A stretch of 63,795 nucleotides of DNA, filler included, from Licmophora abbreviata (taxonomy: Eukaryota), in assembly GCA_900291995.1 (NCBI GenBank). It is 15 parts of 15 records of this genome, joined end to end, with 100 filler letters (N's around TTAATTAATTAA, not from the genome) between each part and the next. Parts side by side here need not be neighbours in the genome. Positions count along the whole stretch, not along the records: positions 7,473 to 11,180 come from OLMU01000834.1; positions 11,281 to 12,758 come from OLMU01000835.1; positions 12,859 to 15,102 come from OLMU01000836.1; positions 15,203 to 17,846 come from OLMU01000837.1; positions 17,947 to 20,651 come from OLMU01000838.1; positions 20,752 to 22,938 come from OLMU01000839.1; 9 more parts are not named here. One strand, given 5' to 3'. A program made the position numbers and the translations under genes. The notes beneath the pieces were generated by a model that saw nothing but the letters and a program-made list of their open reading frames with translations, did no database searches and was not told the origin of the DNA. Positions 10,011-20,815 of this stretch are shown in pieces; positions within the stretch are counted from its first letter, which is position 1, and each line of letters opens with the position of its first letter.

Positions 10011-13000
10011 ATGACTGCGATGTCTGACACGACAGGTGCGGTCCCGACTGTCAAGCCGTCTCCGGCTATTCAATTTCACAGTAGAAAGCGCCCTGGTGAC
10101 CAGAACTGCTCGGGGATGAGCTGGAAGGCAGCGATTGTTCAACAAAACAGGCATGGTAGTGATTCGGAGGACTCCAACCGTGACACCATTCCCCGAAGCT
10201 CTGCGAACGTTTCAGTCCCATCAGAAGAAGCAGTGTCAGTTAGTACCAGAGTCTACGTGGAGCTGAACCAAGACCAATCACAAATCGACGCGACACCACA
10301 ATTCTTCTTTGCTCGATCTGACGCGAACCATCATAAAGACGAGCAAAGCATCGAGAAAAACAACGTTGCGGTTGATAGCACAGCGGCAACAGCGGCTCTG
10401 GGCAATTTCAACGTAGGCAAGCAAGAGAGAGAGCACACAACGGCACCTTCCGAATCTCAGTCAGACTTACAGAATTCGCCAGGCGTGACAGTTGCGCGTA
10501 CTTTTGCGGGATCGAATTCACAAGCACGTCTCGCAATCTCTGGGACTCGTTTCGAATCTACTCCTTTACAATCTGCAGTAACACCCTCTGACACATTGTC
10601 AGCTACAGCAGCGACCTGGTCATCTTCGAAAGTGAACGTCTTACTTGAAAAACACGATCGGCTCCCGACAGCAGGTTTTCTGCCAGGGCGTAGTATGGGA
10701 TACACGAACGACAGCACCCAAGCGCCTTGGAGCAGCCCTAGCACCTCTTCAAGCAAGATGGATAGTCCTCCGACACCAGTCATGGAAAATAAGGACAGGG
10801 AGGACGACGGCTTCTCAGTTGAATATTCGATGACTAGCAGCAATACCGTAAGCCCCGCGATGCCCCCCTTGTACACCGGAGATCAGGTCGACAATGTAAC
10901 ACCATTGATTCTTCCCTCGCTGGGAACTCCGACAACCGTTTCGACGGCCGCTTCCACTGCGGACGAAGCATCGGTGGACGGGAATCTGTCACCGTCATGG
11001 GAAAGGCTCTCGCTTCGTTTGGATGAATCACATGGCCCGTCGATTCCGTCTAGTCCCGCCCTCCACGCGCACACTGTCTTGCGTCGACCGGACCCACAGA
11101 ATGTTGCAAGGAGACCCGCAAACGATAGACAGGGACATCAGCAGCAGTACCATAGACGATCCATGTCCTGGGGGGTGCCTNNNNNNNNNNNNNNNNNNNN
11201 NNNNNNNNNNNNNNNNNNNNNNNNTTAATTAATTAANNNNNNNNNNNNNNNNNNNNNNNNNNNNNNNNNNNNNNNNNNNNGGGTGCAAGGCTCGGTTGGA
11301 GATGCGAAGACACATACGCCTCAGCCTCGAGTTGCATCGTTCCGTCGAAATGAAAGCGACACGAACGATAAGCTTGTTGAACATTCTCGATATGGACAGG
11401 ACACGGCGCAACATCGATCGCCCTATGGTGACCCACGGATCCCTTATCCTCATTCCCATGTCCAACAGATGAATGTGGATGGACGCGGTGGACTTGCATA
11501 TCGTCATCATGCCGCGGGACCGTATGGGCAGTCAAGGATGGGACAGGGTCGCTCGGCGCAGCAGACGCCACCTCGTGCTCAGAACCCTCGAGTTCATGGA
11601 CAGGCAGCAGTGCGAATGCCCCCGTCGTCGCCGGGTGGCGGCGGTGCTGGCAGTCCTGGGGGACCTCCTGGCACGGGTTCTCAGCGATCACAGGCCGAAG
11701 TTCTCAAGACTCTGCTTCGAAAGAAGGCATGCCTTTACGAGCCAGAGACGTCCCGAGCCGTCGCGTTAATGACATGGCTGGTAGGACGAGAGCTCGCCCT
11801 TGCTCATGGATACTTTTCTCGTCAACAGCTACAAGCCGGAGTTCATTCGTGTGTCGCACAGAAGATTGAGTCGGGAACGATAACGAGAACCAAGGTCAAT
11901 CGGTGCATGCAAATTATCTTGAACAGTTGTTTCCATTACATAATTCCCCGTCCAGATGGATCGGAAGAAAGCGGCGAGGCTTTTCGACAGGATTTTATGT
12001 TGTCGTCATCGGATGACTCGGGTCTTCTTGTTGATCTAGGTGCTCCCTGGAACAACCTCGTGGCAAACCGAGACGCGATTCTGGCCGCAGCCCTCGAAGG
12101 TGACAAGCAGAAGGCGATGTCTCCTAACTCATCGCCTAGGATGGCCGCGACTGTGCCAGAAGGAGAAGGTGATACCAAGAGATCTGTGCTGCTTTGTTTC
12201 AACGAGAATGTTCGTTCGGCTGAGGACGTCTTCCGTTGCCACAACGAGTTCATCCGGGACACGGCGCACGCTTCCAATCTCCACCTCTCGGTACAGGAAT
12301 GGCGTTCCTTCTTCGGGAAAGCTTCCACTGCTACCTCGAACACTGCACCTGATGCGTCTTGGAGACAGACGGTAGCAGCTCAGTCGGATGCTTCTGGGAA
12401 AATGACTGCCATCGACCTCGGCAAGTTTCGAACATCATGGTGCGCCAAACGCTACGAACACGATCACACCCTGTGTGGCTTTGCTCACGTCGAGGTGAAC
12501 GGCGGCTGGCTACGGCGCAATCCGTTAGAGACTCCGTACAGAGACGAGATGTGCCCGTCCATCAAGCATATTGCCGACAAGAATATCGAGTCTGGGCCTT
12601 TCGTCATTAACTCTTGTGAGAGAGGCGCGTCGTGTCCCTTGGCTCACTCGAAGGAAGAGATGTTGTACCATCCGCAGCAATACAAGCGCCATACATGCCC
12701 TTTTCAGTCGGAGCGAGTCCTAACCTGCAAGCTGGCCGACGTCTGTCCTCACCAACATNNNNNNNNNNNNNNNNNNNNNNNNNNNNNNNNNNNNNNNNNN
12801 NNTTAATTAATTAANNNNNNNNNNNNNNNNNNNNNNNNNNNNNNNNNNNNNNNNNNNNCCGATGCTGTATGTGAGTCCAGCTCCGCCTTCCAAGTTTGAA
12901 GAACATCTTGTTTTGCCGGGCTTGCAGAGTCTATTTCGTCGTAATTGCGCTGCAACCAAGGTATACCTGCTGTCGCACGACGACGAAGGACGCGCGACAT

Positions 13001-13098
13001 GTCACTACACACTGTTTGGGGAAGACGGATGTGCAGTGCGGACGGATGATACCATTATTCTCTCACGTGGACTTCCTCCTCCTGTCAGGAAAGAGTAG
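10011..13098 (+). CDS. Tandem CCCH zinc-finger (Unkempt/TZF-like) protein with long disordered N-terminus, split by two gaps (10011-11180, 11281-12758, 12859-13098)
   Basis: FRTSWC..HDHTLCGFAH..WLRRNP..MCP..CERGASCPLAHSKEEMLYHP..YK..C..CKLADVCPHQH; same-strand long ORFs run into each linker; joining the three pieces is inferred. Confidence 0.75.
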
Positions 13099-13594
13099 CA
13101 GATGCGATTTGGCTCATGCTCTGCAACAATATATCAAATGAATCACGACGATTTCATGTAAGATATTCTCAAGCGCACGCATAAGTCACTCTCTTGTCTT
13201 TTTGACTTTCTTATTCATCTTTCATTATTAACGACTACTACCACATCGCAAGCTAACCAACTTAATTGTTAAGATGGTGTTACAGTGGTCTACTTTCATG
13301 TTTAGCTAGTCTAGTGTCGGTCAATACTACCGGTAGACGTTCATTGGCGCGGAAGTGCGTTCAAACATTCATCAGAGCGCGCGTTTTTGCCGCGCCTAGA
13401 CCGTCCTGATGTGTGGATGATGTGTGATGAGAGGATGACGCGACGAACGACGATGAGAGAGACGAAAACACGAAGGCCACATACCAAACACATTCCTTGA
13501 ACATTCCCAAACCACAACAGACCATTGCAACTGTATTGGCGATCACACCACATCGAAAAGCCTCCCTCTGTATACTCGTACATCCCCAGGAAAA

Positions 13595-14325
13595 ATGAAG
13601 TCAAGAAGGCGCGGTGAGAAAGCACTGCGGACACTTTCGCCATCATCCGTCGTCGTGCTCCTCGTACTCCAAAGCGCCTCTCTGAACGGGGTCTATGCGC
13701 GAAGACCCCATAACCGCCACCATCGATCCAGAAGAAGGGCTAATACACCGTCTGGATTGATCCATCGCACGGCATTGGACAATGACGACGAGACGTCGTC
13801 GACTCGGCGTTTGCTCGGACTACGCGGCGGTGACAGCAATGCGAAACACGCTCTTCTTCAAGCCATGACTCGGGTAGCAAGCGACATTGGGGAATCGAAA
13901 ACTAAAAGCTGGCTTGTGCTGCTTGGTTGTATTCTGAACGAAACGGGTGCGACCACCCTGTCCAAGATGGCCAGCGTCACCAAGGACCCGAAGAAGTTAG
14001 TAGCGTCCATGCTTCTCTACAACGCAAGGTTCGTTCGTGCATCACTTCTCTTGTCGTCAGGCACCATGACATGTGATATGCCTCTTCATAGAAGATCCAT
14101 CCATTCTCACAATTTTGTCGCCATTGCCATTGCAGTTTGTTGGGATTCGCGCTGAGCCTCAACCAAATTGACGTGTCCGTCGCTTACGCAGTCTGGGGTG
14201 CTCTTGGAACCACTATAGTTTCACTGGCGGGCATTTTCTTGTTTGGAGAGGACTGCGACCCTGTCAAGGTTCTTTCTCTTGTGTTGATTCTTGTTGGAGT
14301 CATTGGTTTGAACGTTCGAGGCTGA
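13595..14325 (+). CDS. Small multidrug resistance (SMR/EmrE-type) transporter with N-terminal signal/LRGG extension; exons 13595-14028, 14136-14325
   Basis: WLVLLGCILNETGATTLSK (TM1 Glu); IDVSVAYAVWGALG; LFGE; LILVGVIGLN; GT-AG intron 14029-14135. Confidence 0.88.
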
Positions 14326-14527
14326 TGGGTAGAGAAGTAAGAGTACAGAATACCTATGGTTACCATTAATATTTACAGATCTCGGCCATCGTCGCGCATG
14401 GCCCGCGGACGTCATCCAATCCACAGTTATGAAGCCACCGCGTCTCCGCAAACACGCTAGTCGGAGTCTCCTCGGTGACGTACGAGTATAGCCTCGCAAG
14501 AAGGTCCATCGCCAACATCCTCATGGA

Positions 14528-14943
14528 TCATGGACTCTCCCAAATATCTGTATAAATATCAATCATATCTTTCAACGCCACACGCTGCGGAAGATCATAA
14601 CGACGCGACAGCGACGTGACTCCTCGAATGACCTGTTCCCGCCGTCCCGGAGACGGAGGAGGCGCTCTGGGTACGGGTCGTCGCTCGGCGTCAAATCGTT
14701 TCTTTCTCCACTCGGCACGCGCCTTCTCCCAAGCATCGTAGCCCGGATTGCAAAACTTTCGTACCGTCGTCGTCGTGGTCGTGTTATCGGAAGAGGACGT
14801 GCAGCTGTGCGTGTCCATGCTGTTGTTGCCGCCAATCGTCGTCGTCCCGTCGGCTTCTTCCTTTTCGCAGTCGTCCGAAAATTCCACCGCCACGTCTTCC
14901 CACCAGCTTTCTTCTGACGGAGGCTGATGGTTCAGTATATTTT
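14528..14943 (-). CDS. DUF4050/Gag1-like clamp domain small protein (last exon; first exon uncertain)
   Basis: FCNPGYDAWEKARAEW ... LPQRVALKDMIDIYTDIWE; pyrimidine-rich acceptor ending at 14944. Confidence 0.7.
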
Positions 14944-15757
14944 CTAATGATTAGTGGAATGATGAATGATGAAAGAAAAAGAGAGGATTAGCAACCTATC
15001 GTGCACCGTGGCAGGCATAGGGAGGGAGTCGAGTCATTCTCGGTGTCGTGCCGAAACATCAGTGTCACTTTTTTTCTATTCACGGGCTTCTCTTCGTCAC
15101 TCNNNNNNNNNNNNNNNNNNNNNNNNNNNNNNNNNNNNNNNNNNNNTTAATTAATTAANNNNNNNNNNNNNNNNNNNNNNNNNNNNNNNNNNNNNNNNNN
15201 NNCACGTAGATTGTACGATACGTACCCACACGCCAGGGCGCATCACGACTGGCCCCGATCTCTCGCGCCGCTGTGCAGGAAGTTCGATTCTTGCGCTCGC
15301 GTCTGCTCTTTTGCTTCCACCGCTTGCCTCTGGTGGCACCATTGTCAGCAGGAGACTCTGTCTTCCGCGATTTAGGGGAAAAGAAAGAGAGAAGCGGCAT
15401 CTTCCAAGGTTCACGCTCTTGCCGAACACGACGCGTGTGAGAGTTTTCGTTCCAACTTCAAGAGTGTGTTCTCGTGTTCTCTCCTTGTGTCGCCGCTCAA
15501 CGCACGACGATGTGACCTTGTTTGCTGTGCTACGTAGACATGTACTGAGAATCTACAAGTGACGTACAACGCGAACACCCATGCGTTGAGAGCTCGCAAG
15601 GTGCGCGAAGAGCGCGAAGCCGAATTTCGAATTTCGTCTCTACGAAAAGACCAACAGAGCATCGCAGCTAGACTAGCAGACTATGATTGATAGACGACAC
15701 AGTGCTATATTATCGCAACTGATGTCATACTACTAGAGTACTCGTAGAGTACTCGTT

Positions 15758-17245
15758 TCATACAGCGTTCTGTTGTTGCGTATCTTCTCCTCCATTCTGA
15801 AGCGAACCGCCGCCACCACAACCACCACCACCACCATCACTACTATCCTGCGTCCTATTGTTTTCCATGACTTCCAAACTAATCGCTCCAGGACTCTGCG
15901 ATAGCACCTTGTCAACTCCATTTCGCAGCCTTTGAATATCGTTCAGCGTCTCCTTTGGCAATGTGCTACTCCAAAAGGCGTCTCGAAAGTCCATGGGTCG
16001 ATGGAGTGTCCGTATCGTGCTTGATGGGGGTGGTTCGTAGCCTCCTCCGTCGCGACCGGCTACACTCGACGGCGGTGACCGCGGCAAGTATTCCTTGTAC
16101 GTGAATGTGTATGAGTGGGCAATAGCAAAAAATACCATTTCGATACAAATACAGTAATCCTGAACACCATTGGCCACTTCATTGGCCTTCCAGTTGCCCA
16201 TGTTCTTGATGAGATTCGTGTGGGCGCGCAAGTAGAAAATCACCACACTTTGCCACCAGGTAAAGAAAACAACGCCCTTGACGCAAAGGAACTTGCCGAG
16301 TGGATGCCAGTTGATCGGATGACACAGTTCATAATTGACGGCATGATAGAATTTGACCAAACAATACAAGGCGTACATGACACTGACATTCAAGACAAAT
16401 GCCAGGTAGGGATAGGCCGTGCGCCAATCAAAGTTTCCTTCTCCGTACAGGTCGAATGCTTCCAGGAGAAAGGTTAAGAGTGTTGCAAAAGTCTTGACAA
16501 CCACATATTGTAGGACGCCATGTTTGCATTGAAGCATGAATTCCATACCGAGTTCCCACGGCTGAACAAAGAGACTGACGGGAAAGGTGTGACGACCAAG
16601 AGATTCATTCTTGCGACGCAGTGTGAGTATCAGTGCCTCTTGTCCACCGAGTAGTTCGATAAGGTAGTAAAGGAAGCTGGCAATGACAAATGCCTCGTAG
16701 AGATCGCGAATGGTGTCAATGTAAATGCGAGCTTCGCGAAATCGCAATGACAGCCAAGATTGGACGCTGTAGAGCGGGACCATCCAGAGGATTCGCACGA
16801 CGTACTTTTGAACATCAGGGCTGTACCAGTGTGTCAGGTGCAAGTAGACCAGTCGTGTCGACAGTGTGACGGTGCCTAGTACCATGACTTCGGCACTGTA
16901 GAATGCAGCTAGATCTTTGCGGTCTTCTGTCAGCGCGTGGTGGAATACGATGGGGACTATAATGAGCATGGCCAGGAGCGTAATGGTAGCGAGGTAGTGA
17001 CCGACTTTCTTCATGAGGGCGCTGGCGATCCGTAAATGAATTCCGCGAGAATAAGGATTGTTGGGGTCCAGAGTTGACGGAAGAGGTCGAGGAGAATGGG
17101 CCGAAGGATGCGGTACCGGTGGTAGCAGCGATGACCCCAGATTGGTTTCGAGCAGAGCAACGGATTCTTGCTCTTCTTCATCGAGGTCTGGTTCTTGCGG
17201 TGCAGCCATGACCCGCGGCGACGGGAGGCTATTTTCTGGTGTCAT
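15758..17245 (-). CDS. TMEM184/organic solute transporter alpha family membrane protein
   Basis: HLTHW..P.VQKYVVRILWMVPLYS, IRDLYEAFVI, KFLCVKGVVFFTWWQ, QDYCICIEM.FFAIAH.Y.F. Confidence 0.92.
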   Translation of the reverse strand: MTPENSLPSPRVMAAPQEPDLDEEEQESVALLETNLGSSLLPPVPHPSAHSPRPLPSTLDPNNPYSRGIHLRIASALMKKVGHYLATITLLAMLIIVPIVFHHALTEDRKDLAAFYSAEVMVLGTVTLSTRLVYLHLTHWYSPDVQKYVVRILWMVPLYSVQSWLSLRFREARIYIDTIRDLYEAFVIASFLYYLIELLGGQEALILTLRRKNESLGRHTFPVSLFVQPWELGMEFMLQCKHGVLQYVVVKTFATLLTFLLEAFDLYGEGNFDWRTAYPYLAFVLNVSVMYALYCLVKFYHAVNYELCHPINWHPLGKFLCVKGVVFFTWWQSVVIFYLRAHTNLIKNMGNWKANEVANGVQDYCICIEMVFFAIAHSYTFTYKEYLPRSPPSSVAGRDGGGYEPPPSSTIRTLHRPMDFRDAFWSSTLPKETLNDIQRLRNGVDKVLSQSPGAISLEVMENNRTQDSSDGGGGGCGGGGSLQNGGEDTQQQNAV

Positions 17246-17523
17246 GTGACGATTGTTCAGTGTGAAAGTTTCGACGAGCGGCAAAGATTCGGCAGAGCAT
17301 CGTCACACGGTGATGCCATGGTGGAGTGTGGACATTTTCTTCCAATTTGACTCCCGGCGCGTTGAGACGAATCAGTCGACTCCTTCGACTGGAGAATCTC
17401 GCACGGCGCGCGCGATGAATGAAAACGAGGCGGAAAAATATAAGGAAAAAGGCGCGCCAGAGCGGCGACCATGACATTCACCATGCCGATGATGGTAGAA
17501 GAAAGCATAGCATCGGCCGTCTC

Positions 17524-19056
17524 ATGATCAAATCAACAGGCTCCCATGTCGCACCGCCACGCACCGACCTGTCGCTTGAAGCAGCGTCATCGCAGTCGAT
17601 GAGAGGAGTCGTCTTTGCTCGTTCCATCCGATCCTTCTCGGCTGCACTGCACGTCGCCTGCTATGACTGCGCCGGTGAGCCGAGTCGCCAGCCTGCGTCC
17701 GACATTATTTCAGCCGCCGATCACCATTACTCCTACGTACTCGTCTCGATCAAGTTCCACAATGATGATATAGCGTCTCAATTACGATCGTTCTGTCGGC
17801 GACGGAGTAAACTCGGCGATATGATTCGATTCCAAGGAGGTCGATGNNNNNNNNNNNNNNNNNNNNNNNNNNNNNNNNNNNNNNNNNNNNTTAATTAATT
17901 AANNNNNNNNNNNNNNNNNNNNNNNNNNNNNNNNNNNNNNNNNNNNGAGAATCAACAAAACCTTGCAACAGCAGTCACCGGAGCTTTGATATCACGTCGG
18001 ACGCGTCCAAGACGGTTTGAACTTCGTGTGTGGAGTCTGGAACAGGCTGAATCCTTGATTGAAACAGAACAAGTTCGATACTGGATCATGCCTCAATGCC
18101 AAGCGTGGCAACAGCAATATAGACAAAAGAAACGATCGACTCCGAGCAAGGTCGCGATTGTTCAGAATCTCCGTGCAGCGTCGCTATCTACCAACGCTGT
18201 TGCTGCTGCTGCTACTACTACTCCTTCACAGCAGCCACGACACGGTGGTGCGCTTGGGAAAAAGATACAGAGCGAGCGTCTCGCCAACTTTCTGATACAC
18301 ATGATCACGCACAAAGACGTCGGAAGTTCCTCTCCCGCCGACGAGGCCACGGCCCGTCCGGCCTTTTCCTACGAGCGCGCCAAAGCGATTCAAAAGTTAA
18401 ATGCTGGGTCTGGTGTCTTGGATGTGGCGGGTGGAGCGGGCTATGTGAGCATGGCACTGGGACTGCAGGGTGTCAAGTCGACCGTCATGGACCCACGAGA
18501 ATCTGTCGGTATCTTGCCCAAGCGAGACCGCAAGGTATGGTATCGTGCACTGAAGAAAAGCAATAAAGAGACAGCACAACGTTATCCACTGGCTAGTGAC
18601 GATGCTATCAGTACTACTAGTATGCCACTGATGCTGTGCCAGCCGGTCGCTCCCTATACGTCAGTGCGCGCGTGGTTTGGACAGCCGCCGAAGGATGTTG
18701 ACTTGAGCGTCAAGGATCGACACTCGGACACTGTCGATATCCCTGTGTGTTCCGATACCGACAAAGTCATTCAACACTGCTCAGCAATCGTCGCATTGCA
18801 TCCCGACGAAGCGACGGATGCGGTTGTCGATGTAGCTGTGAAGCATCGAATACCGATTGTGATTGTTCCGTGTTGCGTCTTTTCGAGGCTCTTTCCGGAA
18901 CGACACCTTCCTGGTTCGGATGAGCCCGTGTGCACCTACGACCAACTGCTGGAATATCTTGTTGCCAAAGACAAATCAATCCAGCGAACTGTTCTACCAT
19001 TTGAGGGCGCCAACGTGGCCTTATGGTCAACTTTCGAATCTACGAGTAGTAGCTAG
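17524..19056 (+). CDS. Putative SAM-dependent methyltransferase-domain protein, split by gap 17847-17946
   Basis: VLDVAGGAG, VMDPR, LHPDEATD.VVD.A....P..IVPCCVF, LPFEGAN; link to the upstream piece is inferred. Confidence 0.72.
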
Positions 19057-19096
19057 CTATGGTGGGGAACTCACGCTGACTTTCAGATCAGACTAC

Positions 19097-20311
19097 CTAC
19101 AATTCCTCTTCGACAAGTCCCTCTTCATCCACATCGTATTCATCTGAGTCGTCGTCGTCCTCCCTTCTTCTAGATGCATACGGCACTTTCACGCACTTGA
19201 CAAAATTCAGGGGAATCGTCACCATACGTCCTTTCTGATTGATAATGACGTCCATTGCATTGCGATCCATCAGTTTTCCTTTCAATGTTCGATTGCTACC
19301 GAACGGATCCTGCGTCTCCACCATGACACTCTGTCCCCGTCGATTGTCAAACTCCCGCTGGGTTTCCAACAAGTGCGACGAGTCGTTCGGTTCCGTCAAA
19401 ATGACTTCATGTCGTTCCAAAATGTGCAGGTCATCCTCGACCGTCTCGAGGGCTTCCAGGATACTCCTAGCAACCGTGGAGAGCGCCGCGGTATTCACAT
19501 CCAAGACGTCACTCGTGACCTCCGTCTCCATATTTTCCAAACGAGCCTCTTCTTCGTCCGATCTAGCGACCATGTCTTCCCGTGTTTCGCGTTCCATGAA
19601 GAGCGGTGCATGCTCCTTGTCTTGTTCTCGTTCTCGTTCCAAGTCGTCGTCGTCGTCATCATCTTCTTTGCGTGTGTATAATGATTCCTGAAGCTGTTGT
19701 TCACGTTCGACGTCCCGCTCAAACAAGTACTCCTCATCATCGGCCCATATAGGTTCCGGCGTAGGATCTTCTGGGTCAAAGTATTCCGGTCCATCATCGT
19801 CGGGGATCGTTACAATTTCCGGTCCTAGCGTATAGTCGTCCACTTGGTGCAGTGTCGAGTGATCCACCGTGATCACAAGTTGCGTGAGATACCACGTAAC
19901 ATCCAATACAGTCCCTCCCACCATTCTGGAAGCCTTCTTGATGGTAGACTCGGCCTGCACGCGCCATTCGGCTTCGATGGGATCATGACAGCCTTCGGTG
20001 GTACCACGTCGCCAGGGTTGATGAAGGACTGGGTGTACGGACGCGTCGTAATGAAGCTCTGGAATGTCGTCGTTATCCACTATTTCGACTGTCGATGCTT
20101 CGATATCTGGAGTGGGGCCGTCCTCATCGACAACCGTGCTGCGAGAAGACGCTGCCTCCAGTACAAACTGCTGTGTTGTTGCTGTTGTGGGCAATCGACC
20201 GAACGATGAAAGTCTATGTTTTTGCTGTTGCTGAACGACAAAGGCACGAGTGGTTGTAGACACAGAGCAGAGCAGTATCGAAAAGAGGCTGTTCAATACG
20301 AAGCGGCGCAT
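19097..20311 (-). CDS. rimP: Plastid ribosome maturation factor RimP-like protein
   Basis: TTRA-F presequence; VLDVTW..LVITVD; ALSTVARSILEALE..HEVILTEP..LETQREF..RGQSVMVET..TLKGKL..VTIPLNFVK. Confidence 0.75.
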   Translation of the reverse strand: MRRFVLNSLFSILLCSVSTTTRAFVVQQQQKHRLSSFGRLPTTATTQQFVLEAASSRSTVVDEDGPTPDIEASTVEIVDNDDIPELHYDASVHPVLHQPWRRGTTEGCHDPIEAEWRVQAESTIKKASRMVGGTVLDVTWYLTQLVITVDHSTLHQVDDYTLGPEIVTIPDDDGPEYFDPEDPTPEPIWADDEEYLFERDVEREQQLQESLYTRKEDDDDDDDLEREREQDKEHAPLFMERETREDMVARSDEEEARLENMETEVTSDVLDVNTAALSTVARSILEALETVEDDLHILERHEVILTEPNDSSHLLETQREFDNRRGQSVMVETQDPFGSNRTLKGKLMDRNAMDVIINQKGRMVTIPLNFVKCVKVPYASRRREDDDDSDEYDVDEEGLVEEEL

Positions 20312-20815
20312 CGCGAGAGATAGAACGCCGTCAATTCGTCTTGACAGGAACACCATGGTGGATCTGATGCTGTTATGCTTGTTCTTTTCGACATCAAACA
20401 TCGGAAGATTTTGGATGGCCGTCCGTCGTCGTCGTGGAGACGGATGACGGCCAGAGTCAGATAGACACCACGAGCTCTCTGATGATGTTGAGCTCTTCCT
20501 CCATGGTGCAGCCTGCACACGATAACAAAATCGCGAGTGGACACGACGCCGCCGACGACGACAACGAAAACAACGCGGCGATCATTGTGATTGCTTGTGC
20601 TGTGCGGTCGGAATTCTTGTGCCTTTGTTGCTTGTTATATTCTACTTTTCGNNNNNNNNNNNNNNNNNNNNNNNNNNNNNNNNNNNNNNNNNNNNTTAAT
20701 TAATTAANNNNNNNNNNNNNNNNNNNNNNNNNNNNNNNNNNNNNNNNNNNNATTCTTGTGCCTTTGTTGCTTGTTATATTCTACTTTTCGATTCGTCCCC
20801 GTGAATGAAGCGACA

